Positions 23,191-33,994 of a stretch of DNA of 64,000 nt are shown piece by piece. The DNA lies in NCBI GenBank assembly GCA_913047725.1, contig CAJWTH010000001.1:91-64090 (forward strand), in the 5' to 3' direction. The notes beneath the pieces are model-generated. The model was not told where the DNA came from. It saw only the letters and a program-made list of their open reading frames with translations, and did not search any database. Made by a program: the position numbers and the translations under genes. Positions within the stretch are counted from its first letter, which is position 1; each line of letters opens with the position of its first letter. This DNA is from an uncultured Planktomarina sp. (lineage in GTDB: Bacteria > Pseudomonadota > Alphaproteobacteria > Rhodobacterales > Rhodobacteraceae).

Positions 23191-24006
23191 ATGATTTCCA
23201 AAGATATTAATGAGCGTGGTCTGGTTATATTAGGGTGTGGAAAAATGGGTTCTGCCTTATTGGCTGGCTGGTTGAGCCAGGGGCTAGCTCCGCAAGGTGT
23301 ATGGATATTAGATCCTAAGCCTAGTGAGTGGTTAATATCTCAGGGTGTCCATTTGAATAAGAAATTACCTGAGAACCCAGCTGTTGTTATGGTTGCGGTT
23401 AAACCACAGTTGATGGGAGAGGCTTTGCCCCGATTGCAAAGCTTTGGATCAGGAACGACGCTGTTCATTTCTGTGGCTGCAGGCGTTACAATTTCTTCGT
23501 TTGAGCAAGCCTTAGGCGCTTCTACTCCGATAGTACGCACAATGCCCAATACACCTGCATCTGTGGGTCAAGGTATAACTGCATTGATTGGAAATGGTAG
23601 CGCAACAAAAGACGATATGGCTGAAGCTGAACTGCTGATGGCGGCGGTTGGGCAAACCATAACATTAGAAAATGAAGCTCAGATGGATGCTGTGACTGGC
23701 GTTTCGGGGTCTGGTCCCGCATACCTGTTTCATATGATCGAAACATTGGCTTTTGCTGGTGAGAAGCAGGGTCTGCCGCTGGATATAGCGACGAAACTTG
23801 CAAGAGCTACAGTTGCAGGTGCCGGTGCTCTGGCAGTCCAATCAAATGAAACTGCAGCTCAATTGCGCATAAATGTGACAAGTCCAAACGGGACAACTCA
23901 AGCAGCTTTGGAGGTTTTAATGAATGAAAAAACTGGTCTTCAGCCCCTGATTACGCAAACTGTTGCAGCTGCTACTTTACGCTCAAAAGAGCTTTCCAAT
24001 GGCTGA
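23191..24006 (+). CDS. proC: Pyrroline-5-carboxylate reductase
   Basis: GCGKMG, RTMPNTP, SGSGPAY, VTSPNGTT. Confidence 0.97.
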   Translation: MISKDINERGLVILGCGKMGSALLAGWLSQGLAPQGVWILDPKPSEWLISQGVHLNKKLPENPAVVMVAVKPQLMGEALPRLQSFGSGTTLFISVAAGVTISSFEQALGASTPIVRTMPNTPASVGQGITALIGNGSATKDDMAEAELLMAAVGQTITLENEAQMDAVTGVSGSGPAYLFHMIETLAFAGEKQGLPLDIATKLARATVAGAGALAVQSNETAAQLRINVTSPNGTTQAALEVLMNEKTGLQPLITQTVAAATLRSKELSNG

Positions 24007-24337
24007 AATTTCTTTTGATGAATTTATGGCAGTAGATATTCGCACGGGCATTGTGACCCGAGCAGAACCTTTTCCTGAGGCCCGAAAGCCAGCAATTAAA
24101 CTCTGGATAGATTTTGGCGGTGAGTTGGGAGAAAAAAAGTCATCGGCTCAGCTGACTGCGCATTACACTCCTGAAATACTGATAGGCAAAACTATTATGG
24201 CTGTAGTCAATTTTCCACCCCGGCAAATTGGTAAAGTAAAGTCAGAGGTATTAGTTCTGGGTGTTCCAGACATGAATGGAGAAGTAGTCTTGATTAGTCC
24301 CGACATTGAAGTGCCAGCTGGTGGACGACTTTTCTGA
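23999..24337 (+). CDS. csaA: CsaA tRNA-binding / export chaperone
   Basis: FPEARKPA, SSAQLT, VNFPPRQIG, SEVLVLG. Confidence 0.92.
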   Translation: MAEISFDEFMAVDIRTGIVTRAEPFPEARKPAIKLWIDFGGELGEKKSSAQLTAHYTPEILIGKTIMAVVNFPPRQIGKVKSEVLVLGVPDMNGEVVLISPDIEVPAGGRLF

Positions 24338-25284
24338 TGCGAGTTTTGATCAGTAGCAAATTACCGCTAGAGGTTTTACAAGCATCTCAAGAACGATTTG
24401 ATGTCTCCATTCGAGATAGAAAATTTCCAATGGATGCGGCAGAAGCCCGTTCGGCACTTCTTGATTACGATGCAATAGTTCCAACCCTTGGGGATGATTT
24501 TTCGCAGAGAGTGTTTGACGATTTACCTCATCCTAGGTGTAAAATTTTGGCTAATTTTGGTGTGGGTTATAATCACATTAACGTCGATGCGGCAAAACTA
24601 GCTGGGATTGTGGTAACTAATACGCCGGGTGCTGTAACTGATGCCACTGCCGATATTGCGTTAACTCTAATGTTGATGACATGCCGTAGGGCAGGTGAGG
24701 GTGAACGACTTTTACGTGCGAACAATTGGAGTGGATGGCATCCAACCCAGCTCTTAGGTATGCACATGACTGGAAAAACTTTAGGCATTATTGGTATGGG
24801 GCGTATCGGACAAGCTATTGCAAAGAGGTGTCGATCAGGATTTGGGATGAGGGTTGTGTTTTATAATCGTTCGGCCAAATCGCTTGAGGGGTACGAACAA
24901 TTAAAGACAATAAAAGCTGTGATGGAAGCATGTGATATAGTCGTAATAGCACTTCCTGGCGGCGCAGAAACCTATCATGTTATTAACTCAGAGGCACTTA
25001 GCGCCCTGCGTTCCCACGCCATTTTAGTAAACATTGCGCGTGGTGATATAATCGACGAAGGGGCTTTGATTAAAGCCCTCTCACTTGGTCAAATTGCTGG
25101 AGCTGGACTAGATGTTTATGAAAATGAACCAAAGGTTCCAGAGGCTTTGAAAGATATGCAGAATGTTACGCTTTTGCCGCACCTTGGAACGGCTGCACAT
25201 GAGGTTCGTGTTGATATGGGCTTAATGGCTGTTAGTAATTTGATAGCCTTTTTTGATCGTAAGGCTCCGCCAAATCAAGTTTAA
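24337..25284 (+). CDS. D-2-hydroxyacid dehydrogenase (glyoxylate/hydroxypyruvate reductase type)
   Basis: GVGYNHI, TNTPG, GMGRIG, NIARG, GLDVYENEP, LPHLGTA. Confidence 0.9.
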   Translation: MRVLISSKLPLEVLQASQERFDVSIRDRKFPMDAAEARSALLDYDAIVPTLGDDFSQRVFDDLPHPRCKILANFGVGYNHINVDAAKLAGIVVTNTPGAVTDATADIALTLMLMTCRRAGEGERLLRANNWSGWHPTQLLGMHMTGKTLGIIGMGRIGQAIAKRCRSGFGMRVVFYNRSAKSLEGYEQLKTIKAVMEACDIVVIALPGGAETYHVINSEALSALRSHAILVNIARGDIIDEGALIKALSLGQIAGAGLDVYENEPKVPEALKDMQNVTLLPHLGTAAHEVRVDMGLMAVSNLIAFFDRKAPPNQV

Positions 25285-25286
25285 AA

Positions 25287-25793
25287 GTGAGGCTAAGGGT
25301 GCAAAAAAGAGATCTGTTTTTGGACAAAAACTCTGTTCGGATTCTTAAATCTAATGATGCAGCTTTAGTTGAGACATTAGGCCTGATCAAATCTTCCTTT
25401 GCATTTATGGCTGGGAGGATTGATCCGCCCAGCTCAGTTGAAAGCCTTTCACTGCAAAAATTAAATAGAATGGCGCAGCTAGGTTGGGTTGTAGTAATTG
25501 GGAAACCAGTCATGGCCTGCGTGGTCGCCACCCCACGGCCACAGTCACTCTACCTTGGTAAAATTTCTGTAGACCCTAGCGTGCGTGGTCAGGGTGTTGC
25601 GCGCGCTTTGGTCGAGGCATGTGAACCCCTGGCTGTAAAGCTTGGAGTGAATTATCTGGAGCTACAAGTTCGGATTGAGCTTTTAGAAAATCAAAGAGCT
25701 TTTGCAAGGATGGGCTTTGTTAAAATTTCTGATGATTGTCACAGCGGCTATGATCGGGTGACAGAGATTACGATGCAAAAACCCTTTAACTAA
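25287..25793 (+). CDS. GNAT family N-acetyltransferase
   Basis: GRIDPPSS, acetyl-CoA motif VRGQGVARAL, NQRAFARMGF; start uncertain. Confidence 0.8.
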   Translation: MRLRVQKRDLFLDKNSVRILKSNDAALVETLGLIKSSFAFMAGRIDPPSSVESLSLQKLNRMAQLGWVVVIGKPVMACVVATPRPQSLYLGKISVDPSVRGQGVARALVEACEPLAVKLGVNYLELQVRIELLENQRAFARMGFVKISDDCHSGYDRVTEITMQKPFN

Positions 25794-25919
25794 GGATTGC
25801 CGTCTTCTATTGCGTCTATTTATATGGTCATGCAAAAAACAGATTCTAATTGACTAATCTCACATTTTTAGTGTGAATTTTGATACCACCTATCGCAGAT
25901 CAGCAGGGAAGGGCCCTCA

Positions 25920-27074
25920 ATGTCCACGTTAGATTACCTAGAAAAGCTTTTGTCGTTTGATACAACTAGTGCGCACTCCAATTCTGAACTTATAACTTGG
26001 GTACAGTCCGAGTTGTTAGCTTTTGGCGCGATAGTGAAAATAATCCCCAATGAGGATGGCAGCAAAGCTAACTTATTTGCTACCTTTGGTCCACAATCCT
26101 GTGGTGGGGTGATGCTGTCAGGCCATACAGATGTAGTACCAGTAACGGGGCAGGACTGGACAGTGCCGGCCTTTTCTATGACCAGAAAAGATGGCAAAGT
26201 TTTTGGACGTGGAACGGCTGATATGAAGGGTTTCATAGCATCTATGATGACTGCCGCCAAAAAAGCTTCTACTCAAAATCTAAAAACTCCGCTGCATTTA
26301 GCGTTATCATACGATGAGGAAGTGGGATGCATTGGCGTCCGCTCCATGATTGATATGTTGAGCAATGCACCTATCCGCCCTCAGATGTGCATCGTTGGTG
26401 AGCCTACTGGGTTGTCGGTGGCGACGGGCCATAAAGGTAAAATAGCCGCTCGAGCCAAATGCATTGGCCGTGCAGGCCACTCTGCGTTGGCCCCGTTTGC
26501 AGTAAATGCACTGTATTTGGCTAACGACTTCATTACAGAGTTGCGAAAAGTGCAAGACACTTTGCGAGTGGGGGCAACTCAAGATCCTGATTATGATGTA
26601 CCATATACAACCTTACATGTGGGTCGAATTAAAGGCGGAGGTGCATTGAATATAGTACCACACTTGTGTGAACTAGATTTTGAGATCAGAAATTTGGCAC
26701 AGGATGACGCTGCAGAAATTCTTGGTAATTTGACTCAAGCTGCTAAATCTATAGCGCTTGAAGCACAAAATATAGCTTCAGAAGCCAACATTGAGATTGA
26801 GGTTTTTAATACCTATCCTGGTCTTGATACTGCGGGCAATGAGCCTGTGGTTGGATTTGTTAAATCTCTGACGGGAGCCAACAGTACAATCAAGGTTGCC
26901 TACGGTACTGAGGGTGGCTTGTTTGATCAGCGTCTGGGAGTGCCGACTGTGGTTTGCGGGCCTGGTGACATGGCGCAAGGTCACAAACCGGATGAGTTCA
27001 TAACTGAAACCCAACTTTCCGCATGTGATGCCATGCTAGACAATTTAATACAGCGTCTCATAATTGGACTTTAA
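25920..27074 (+). CDS. argE: Acetylornithine deacetylase-like M20 metallopeptidase
   Basis: SGHTDVVP, GRGTADMKG, DEEVG, GEPT, GTEGG, GHKPDE. Confidence 0.88.
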   Translation: MSTLDYLEKLLSFDTTSAHSNSELITWVQSELLAFGAIVKIIPNEDGSKANLFATFGPQSCGGVMLSGHTDVVPVTGQDWTVPAFSMTRKDGKVFGRGTADMKGFIASMMTAAKKASTQNLKTPLHLALSYDEEVGCIGVRSMIDMLSNAPIRPQMCIVGEPTGLSVATGHKGKIAARAKCIGRAGHSALAPFAVNALYLANDFITELRKVQDTLRVGATQDPDYDVPYTTLHVGRIKGGGALNIVPHLCELDFEIRNLAQDDAAEILGNLTQAAKSIALEAQNIASEANIEIEVFNTYPGLDTAGNEPVVGFVKSLTGANSTIKVAYGTEGGLFDQRLGVPTVVCGPGDMAQGHKPDEFITETQLSACDAMLDNLIQRLIIGL

Positions 27075-28195
27075 GCCAAACTGTTTTGTACCCTACTATT
27101 CAAATATTGGGCAAAATCGTAATTTGGGCGCTCGAGATGGGACAAATGACCGGGTTTTGCCATTGCGGAACAAAGACCACGGTAAACTTTTTCTGTGCAC
27201 CCTCTATCCTCAATGTTCACTTCGTCGAGTAGACTTTTAAGTTTTGCAAAATGTGCCTGGGCGTCTGGATCGTTCACATAGTCTGGGCTCATTCCGCCTC
27301 CAAAAGCGATTTGTACTTGCCCAACGCCTTTGGGGTGCAGGCTGAGATACCAAAAGTAACCAGGAGTAAGGGTAATTAAAAGACTTGGGTAAATCGCCAA
27401 GAGATAGGTCATGCGTCTACGCTCTCCCTTTAGCTTGGTATTTTGGGGGTGTGCTAAGGCAATCTCTAATGTGTCGTCTTTGAGGATTGTATGATAGTTG
27501 AAAGACGGAAGACCGGGTGGACAAATCATTTCGTCTAGCTTGGAAAGGCCACCAATTGTTCCTGCATGGCAAACGGGCAGGTGGTAACTTTCCATAAAAT
27601 TCTCAGCTAAAATTTTCCAATTTGTATTCCACACATGTGTCTCAAAAAAGGTTTCGGTGTAGTTCTCCATACCAAAATCTTCGACCAAATCGGTTACTTC
27701 TTTAAGTTCCTCTGCCACTGGCTTAGCTTCTGGGTTTAAAGAAACAAACACCCAGCCCAGCCATTCTTGGCAGGCCACGCTGGGCAGTGCTACATCGCCT
27801 TTGCAAAAGGCAGTATTTTGGTTCATTGCGGGAGCCCCCCGCAGAGTACCATCCAAATTATAGGTCCAAGCGTGATAGGGACATACAATGGAGCGGACAT
27901 TGCCGCGTCCTTCCAATAGTGTAGACATTCTATGTCTGCACACATTCGACATTGCACGCAATGTACCATGCGTATCGCGTAATACTAATATGGGTTGATC
28001 AGCCAAGTCGAGTGTTAGGTAGTCACCGGGTTTGTTTAGGGCGTCAATTCTACCGACACAAAACCAATCACGCGCAAAAATTTGTGACAGTTCAGCATTT
28101 AGAAAACTGGGATCGATATAAACAGAGGGGGACATGGCGCGGGCCTGTTCAAACGGCACGGAAGTATTTTTCTTTAAGTCATCTATCGCACTCAT
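27071..28195 (-). CDS. Rieske non-heme iron oxygenase alpha subunit (choline/carnitine/betaine monooxygenase-like)
   Basis: CRH..CPYH Rieske ligands; ENFMESYHLPVCH iron site with Glu in the bridging position; ATG 28195 preferred. Confidence 0.88.
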   Translation of the reverse strand: MSAIDDLKKNTSVPFEQARAMSPSVYIDPSFLNAELSQIFARDWFCVGRIDALNKPGDYLTLDLADQPILVLRDTHGTLRAMSNVCRHRMSTLLEGRGNVRSIVCPYHAWTYNLDGTLRGAPAMNQNTAFCKGDVALPSVACQEWLGWVFVSLNPEAKPVAEELKEVTDLVEDFGMENYTETFFETHVWNTNWKILAENFMESYHLPVCHAGTIGGLSKLDEMICPPGLPSFNYHTILKDDTLEIALAHPQNTKLKGERRRMTYLLAIYPSLLITLTPGYFWYLSLHPKGVGQVQIAFGGGMSPDYVNDPDAQAHFAKLKSLLDEVNIEDRGCTEKVYRGLCSAMAKPGHLSHLERPNYDFAQYLNSRVQNSLA

Positions 28196-28457
28196 GACAT
28201 GCTCCATAATTTTCTTAAACATGCCAAAGTTTTATAGTGTTGACAATTCTGTGCTGCAAATCGTTTTAAGGTCTTTAGTAAATCAAACAGTTAAAATTAT
28301 CGTCTCTATCCCTGATTGTCGCATAAAAGCCCGATGAAGTTACCAAAAGTTCATATATTTCGGAAATTATAAAGAAGAAAATATGACGATAACTCTGCAT
28401 TGACCCCCGATGATGGATCGCTAAACAAGGTAGCTAAATACTTTGTAGGAGATTTTA

Positions 28458-29849
28458 ATGCAGTGGGATGAGTTTTCAGAATGGGGAGCAAAGATTTCAC
28501 AGTGGGCCGCGGATTACCATACTACGCTCCGCGAGAGGCCGGTTAGGGCGCAAACGGAACCGGGGGACGTGGCGGCTTTGATTGCCCCGAGCGCGCCCGA
28601 AGGACCACATGCCATGTCGGAGATTATGGAAGACTTTGAACGGGTCGTTATGCCCGGGATCACTCACTGGCAACACCCACGGTTTTTTGCCTATTTTCCT
28701 GCTAATGCCGCACCGCCATCAATGTTGGCGGAAATGTTAGTGTCGACCATTGCTGCGCAATGTATGCTTTGGCAAACATCACCAGCAGCGACGGAAATGG
28801 AAACTGTCATGCTTGACTGGCTTCGCCAGGCGATTGGTCTACCAAACAATTTTTCTGGTGTAATCCAAGACTCCGCCTCCTCAGCTACATTGGTGGCAGT
28901 CCTGACCATGCGGGAGCGGGCACTAAATTGGAGTGGTAATCAATCCGGCCTGTCGGGCGCAGCGCGGTTACGGATTTATTGCTCAGAGGAGGTTCACACT
29001 TCGGTAGATCGAGCCATTTGGGTTGCGGGTATCGGACAGGACAACTTAGTACGCATTCCTATTTCAGGAAAGCTTCGCAGTATGAATCCTCAACTGCTAA
29101 AAGAAGCTATTCAAAGTGATATTGCAGCTGGCTATTGTCCTGCGGGTATTATTGCCTGTACTGGCGGGACCGGAACGGGAGCATGTGATGATCTTTCAGA
29201 GGTTTTAAAAATTTCTAAAGAATTTGATCTTTACAGCCACGTAGATGCTGCCTGGGCTGGGGCGGGTATGATTTGCCCAGAGTTTCGTGAACTCTGGAGT
29301 GGTGTTGAGGCAGCGGATTCGGTTGTATTTAATCCACATAAATGGCTGGGCGCTCAATTTGATTGTTCGGCACATTTCTTAGCAGATCCTACGAGTTTAG
29401 TTAAAACTCTGGCTATTCAGCCTGAGTATCTTAAAACTCATGGTCGCGACGGGCTAATCAATTACTCCGAATGGTCTGTGCCTCTGGGGAGAAGATTTCG
29501 GGCTCTTAAACTTTGGTTTCTGCTGCGGTCTTATGGGCTGGAAGCGCTTCGGCTCAGATTGCGTAATCACGTTTCTTGGGCTGAGGATTTAGCTAAAAGA
29601 CTAGAAGACAACCCTCAATTTGAGATAGTGACAGCGCCAATTCTATCGTTGTTTACATTTAGGCTCACAGGGTTTGATGATGCTGCGCAAATCGACTTTG
29701 TGAACCGTATAAATGATGATGGCCAGATCTACATCACACAAACCAAAGTGGATGGAAAAATCGCCATTAGGTTCCAAATTGGTCAGTTTGATGTGACTGA
29801 GGCAGACATCCAATTCGCTTATAAGGTAATGTGTGAGATGGTGAATTAA
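28458..29849 (+). CDS. Group II PLP-dependent aromatic-L-amino-acid decarboxylase
   Basis: THWQHPRFFAYFP, HVDAAWAG, NPHKW, LGRRFRALKLW. Confidence 0.9.
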   Translation: MQWDEFSEWGAKISQWAADYHTTLRERPVRAQTEPGDVAALIAPSAPEGPHAMSEIMEDFERVVMPGITHWQHPRFFAYFPANAAPPSMLAEMLVSTIAAQCMLWQTSPAATEMETVMLDWLRQAIGLPNNFSGVIQDSASSATLVAVLTMRERALNWSGNQSGLSGAARLRIYCSEEVHTSVDRAIWVAGIGQDNLVRIPISGKLRSMNPQLLKEAIQSDIAAGYCPAGIIACTGGTGTGACDDLSEVLKISKEFDLYSHVDAAWAGAGMICPEFRELWSGVEAADSVVFNPHKWLGAQFDCSAHFLADPTSLVKTLAIQPEYLKTHGRDGLINYSEWSVPLGRRFRALKLWFLLRSYGLEALRLRLRNHVSWAEDLAKRLEDNPQFEIVTAPILSLFTFRLTGFDDAAQIDFVNRINDDGQIYITQTKVDGKIAIRFQIGQFDVTEADIQFAYKVMCEMVN

Positions 29850-29930
29850 TTTTTGATAGTTGCAAGAAATAGTCGCAATTAATAACAAAATGTGGCATTG
29901 CCCCACGTAAACAGGATGGAGATCGAGATT

Positions 29931-30368
29931 ATGGCGCAACTCATTACAATTTTGAACGGTCCAAATTTAAACCTCCTGGGTCAGCGTCAGCAGGAAATTT
30001 ATGGCGATGAAAGCTTAGATAGCGTGTCAAAATCTTGTGAAGAAATTGCTATTTCTTTGGGTCTAAAGTCAGAGATGATGCAAACAAACCATGAAGGTGC
30101 ATTGATCGATATGGTTCAAGCAGCGCGCCAAACATCAGCTGGGATCATTATCAACCCGGGCGCACTAACCCACACATCCGTGGCACTGTTGGATGCACTG
30201 CACACTTTTGAGGGACCAGTATTGGAGGTGCACATTTCAAATATTCACAAACGTGAAAGCTTCAGACATTACTCCTATGTCTCTCTGCGTGCTGATGGTG
30301 TTATTGCCGGGTTTGGCGTGCAAGGCTACGTCTTGGCGATGCGGCGCATGGGCGAACTTTTAGTTTAG
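29931..30368 (+). CDS. aroQ: Type II 3-dehydroquinate dehydratase
   Basis: [30 protein letters not shown]. Confidence 0.96.
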   Translation: MAQLITILNGPNLNLLGQRQQEIYGDESLDSVSKSCEEIAISLGLKSEMMQTNHEGALIDMVQAARQTSAGIIINPGALTHTSVALLDALHTFEGPVLEVHISNIHKRESFRHYSYVSLRADGVIAGFGVQGYVLAMRRMGELLV

Positions 30369-30396
30369 AAATTAATTAAGCTAATTATGTTTATAA

Positions 30397-31059
30397 TTAT
30401 AGTGGGATTTTTGTTTTTAACTTTAATTGTGTATTCCTCATATGGATTTGGTCGCCTGCATCCTTCAAACGATCTAGCCCCCCCAGTAAAATATCTGTTG
30501 CTAAGTTAGCATACTCAATACGGTTCATACTACGACCGGGTTGGTACCAGAGGTAAAACCAGTTCAACATCCCGAACAGTGACATGGTTATTGGGCGTTG
30601 GTGTTGCGGCATACCTTGTAAGTAATCTGGGGCAATGCTCTCAATCGTGTCAGCAAAAACTTTAATGATGGCGCGTTGCGTCTCTGCAAGTTCGTGTTGT
30701 TGTTCTAGAGATAAGGCCGTTGTGCTCTGTAATTGCAACCGATGTTCGGCATCCGCGCCACGATACGCGGTGAGCAACTCAGCCACGAGGTGGCGAAGGT
30801 GGATTTTTGGATCCTTGTCGTGATTTGAAATAGCGGCCACGCACTCGTGTATTGCGTTCAAATGACTTTGTAAGATGTCGAATAAAAGTTGTTCTTTGCT
30901 TTCATAGTAATGATATATCAACGATTTAGATATTCCACAGGCACCCGCAACTTGACTGACGGATGCCCGATCATATCCTTGATCAGCAAAATATTGGGCT
31001 GACTTTTTCAAGATGGAAGTGCGTTTTGCGTCATAGTCTTTTGCTATTGTACGGGCCAT
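30397..31059 (-). CDS. paaR: TetR-family regulator (PaaR-like)
   Basis: MARTIAKDY, TetR HTH SKSLIYHYY; last gene of the paaGIJK operon. Confidence 0.75.
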   Translation of the reverse strand: MARTIAKDYDAKRTSILKKSAQYFADQGYDRASVSQVAGACGISKSLIYHYYESKEQLLFDILQSHLNAIHECVAAISNHDKDPKIHLRHLVAELLTAYRGADAEHRLQLQSTTALSLEQQHELAETQRAIIKVFADTIESIAPDYLQGMPQHQRPITMSLFGMLNWFYLWYQPGRSMNRIEYANLATDILLGGLDRLKDAGDQIHMRNTQLKLKTKIPL

Positions 31060-31062
31060 ATC

Positions 31063-32367
31063 TTAGCCATTCTGCCTGTTATCAATTACTCTTACAGCTT
31101 TGCCTTGTGATCGTGGGACCGTATTCTTTTTACCGGCTTTAACTTCTGCGGTGACCCCGATGTTTGCCTTAATTAATTTAGCTAATTCATCAGAGGCATT
31201 CTGAGAGCCTTCCACATGTACAATCATATGATCCATTGGGCCCTTTTTGATCAACTCAATTTGAAAATGTGCAGCAAGTTCTGTGACCTTAAGAAGTTGC
31301 TCCTCGACTTGAGTTGGAAAAATATTAACGCCACGTAAAATGATCATGTCATCACTTCGCCCCGTTACTTTTTGCATCCGCCGCATGGTACGAGCGGTTC
31401 CAGGTAGCAATCGGGTTAAATCTCGTGTGCGGTATCGGACGATAGGGAATGCTTCTTTACTTAGGGAGGTGAAAACTAATTCCCCCAACTCTCCATCTGG
31501 TAGAACTTCGCCAGTCTGTGGATCAATGATCTCGGGAAAAAAATGATCCTCCCAAATGTGCAAACCATCTTTGCTTTCCACACATTCACATGAGACACCG
31601 GGACCAAGAACTTCGGACAGTCCGTAGATATCCACCGCGTGCATATCAAAAGATTGCTCTACTTCAATGCGCATCGAATTGGTCCAAGGCTCAGCGCCAA
31701 AAATACCAACTTTCAGTGGTGACTGCCTAGGATCTAAACCCTGCTTTTTGTATTCATCAAGAATTGACAACATATATGACGGGGTTACGGTGATACCAGT
31801 GGCTTGAAAATCTTCTATCAAACGTACTTGGCGTTCTGTCATGCCACCAGAAATTGGCACAACTGTGAGGCCCATTTTTTCTGCGCCACCATGCACGCCT
31901 AACCCACCGGTAAACAAACCGTAACCATATGCATTGTGTAGTAAATCGCCGCGTCTCAAGCCGGCAGCTCGCAAAGAGCGTGCCATTACAATATCCCACA
32001 TCGCTAGATCAGCCTGAGTGTAACCTACCACTGTAGGTTGACCAGTTGTACCTGAGGATGCGTGAATTCTGTTGATCTGTGAACGCGGCACCGCAAACAT
32101 CCCAAAAGGGTAATTTTCCCGAAGATCTGACTTTTTAGTGAAGGGGAAGCGTGAAAGATCTGCGAGGGATTTTAAATCATCTGGATGCACTCCTGCGGAG
32201 TCAAAGCTAGCTTTGTAGTGCGCCACATTTTTATATGCGTGGTTCAAGGACCATCGCATCCGTTGCAATTGTAGGGCTTCAATCTCATCACGACTAGCAT
32301 TTTCAATAGCTTCAAGGTCACCTGGCTTTGGAGATAGATCTTTCATATCGACCTCAAACTTGCTCAA
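31063..32367 (-). CDS. paaK: Phenylacetate-CoA ligase
   Basis: HASSGTTG, DIYGLSE, RYRTRD, GRSDDMIILRGVN. Confidence 0.95.
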   Translation of the reverse strand: MSKFEVDMKDLSPKPGDLEAIENASRDEIEALQLQRMRWSLNHAYKNVAHYKASFDSAGVHPDDLKSLADLSRFPFTKKSDLRENYPFGMFAVPRSQINRIHASSGTTGQPTVVGYTQADLAMWDIVMARSLRAAGLRRGDLLHNAYGYGLFTGGLGVHGGAEKMGLTVVPISGGMTERQVRLIEDFQATGITVTPSYMLSILDEYKKQGLDPRQSPLKVGIFGAEPWTNSMRIEVEQSFDMHAVDIYGLSEVLGPGVSCECVESKDGLHIWEDHFFPEIIDPQTGEVLPDGELGELVFTSLSKEAFPIVRYRTRDLTRLLPGTARTMRRMQKVTGRSDDMIILRGVNIFPTQVEEQLLKVTELAAHFQIELIKKGPMDHMIVHVEGSQNASDELAKLIKANIGVTAEVKAGKKNTVPRSQGKAVRVIDNRQNG

Positions 32368-33556
32368 GTATCATTGAGATGCCTTGGCCAACACCGATGC
32401 ACATTGTACAAAGTGCGCGCTTGTGCCCATGTGCCTTGATTTCATGAGCCGCAGTTAAAGCTAGGCGTGCGCCTGACATGCCAAGCGGGTGACCCAGCGC
32501 TATTGCACCGCCATTTGGGTTCACGTGCTCTGCGTCATCGGCGAGGCCGAGCCGACGCATAACCGCCAAGCCCTGGGCGGCGAAGGCTTCATTTAGTTCA
32601 ATTACGTCTACATCGGAAATCTGCAAACCTAATCGCGCCAACAGCTTTTGTGTTGCGGGAGCTGGGCCGATGCCCATGATGCGTGGCTCAACTCCCACCA
32701 CGGCTGTACCGACGATCCGGGCTAGCGGTTTAAGGTCATATCTGGATAAAGCTGCTTCCGATGCTATGATCAAGGCTGCCGCACCATCATTGACGCCAGA
32801 AGAATTTCCAGCAGTCACGGAACCATTTTTACGAAAAGGGGTGGGAAGGTTGGCCAGCTTTTCCAGGTGCGTTTCACGGGGATGTTCGTCGGTGTCAAAT
32901 ACTACTGGATTGCCTTTGCGCTGTGGCAGACTGATGGGGGTGATTTCACGGGAAAATCGCCCTGATCTAATAGCCGTTGCGGCGCGCAATTGGCTTCGGT
33001 AGGCATATGCGTCTTGATCACCTCTACTAACACCAAAATCTTTGGCGATATTCTCTGCTGTCTCTGGCATACTATCAATCCCAAAGCGAGCTTGCATATC
33101 TTCGTTCACGAACCGCCAGCCCATCGTAGTATCAAAGATTTCTGATTTACGAGAGTATGCACTATCCGCCTTCGGCATCACGAATGGCGCCCGTGTCATG
33201 CTTTCCACGCCACCTGCCAAAATTACATCTGCTTCATTTAATTTTATGGCACGCGCCGCCATGGCTACCGCATCTAAGCCAGATCCACAAAGGCGATTAA
33301 TGGTGACCCCTGCCACGCTATCTGGCAATCCAGCCAGAAGAGCCGCCATGCGAGCCACGTTGCGGTTGTCCTCCCCAGCTTGATTGGCGCAACCCATAAT
33401 CACATCATCGATGGCTGCAGGGTCAAGGCTGGGAGCATCTGCCAAGGTAGATTTTATTACATGCGCCAGGAGATCATCAGGTCTGGTTTGGGCTAGTGCT
33501 CCGCCAAATCTGCCAATGGGGCTCCTTCGTCCTTCACAAAGATAAGCTTCGGTCAT
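32354..33556 (-). CDS. paaJ: 3-oxoadipyl-CoA / 3-oxo-5,6-dehydrosuberyl-CoA thiolase
   Basis: NQAGEDNRNVARM, NRLCGSG, NEAF, GHPLG, CIGVGQG. Confidence 0.93.
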   Translation of the reverse strand: MTEAYLCEGRRSPIGRFGGALAQTRPDDLLAHVIKSTLADAPSLDPAAIDDVIMGCANQAGEDNRNVARMAALLAGLPDSVAGVTINRLCGSGLDAVAMAARAIKLNEADVILAGGVESMTRAPFVMPKADSAYSRKSEIFDTTMGWRFVNEDMQARFGIDSMPETAENIAKDFGVSRGDQDAYAYRSQLRAATAIRSGRFSREITPISLPQRKGNPVVFDTDEHPRETHLEKLANLPTPFRKNGSVTAGNSSGVNDGAAALIIASEAALSRYDLKPLARIVGTAVVGVEPRIMGIGPAPATQKLLARLGLQISDVDVIELNEAFAAQGLAVMRRLGLADDAEHVNPNGGAIALGHPLGMSGARLALTAAHEIKAHGHKRALCTMCIGVGQGISMILEQV

Positions 33557-33993
33557 GTTTGTAAATCCTCAAAATTTTGGCCTTTAATAGTACGAGATTG
33601 TCCACGAAATTGGGCGATGACATCACCTGATGCATTCAAAACTTCAATGTCATATATGCCGCTTCGCCCGGCACGGTGAATTTCACGAGCCTGCGCCGTT
33701 AATTGATCTCCAGCCTTGCCGGATGCTAGAAAATTAATGCTACAGCTTTGTGCAACTACGCTCTGGTTGTAGCTGTTGCACGCATGCGCAAAAGCTGTGT
33801 CTGCTAGGGTGAATATCAGGCCCCCGTGACAAATCCCATGACCGTTGAGTTTATCGGCTGTAACTGGCATGGTTACAGTTGCCTGCCCGGGGGCAACAGC
33901 CGTTAGTACTATACCCAGAGCACGGCTGGCGGCATCATTGGCATCCAGAGCGGCTGACGACTTTTCTGCGGTTTCTTGTTGTGTCATTGGCAT
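33553..33993 (-). CDS. paaI: Hydroxyphenylacetyl-CoA thioesterase
   Basis: Hotdog fold NGHGICHGG, ADTAFAHACNS. Confidence 0.93.
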   Translation of the reverse strand: MPMTQQETAEKSSAALDANDAASRALGIVLTAVAPGQATVTMPVTADKLNGHGICHGGLIFTLADTAFAHACNSYNQSVVAQSCSINFLASGKAGDQLTAQAREIHRAGRSGIYDIEVLNASGDVIAQFRGQSRTIKGQNFEDLQT

Positions 33994-33994
33994 C

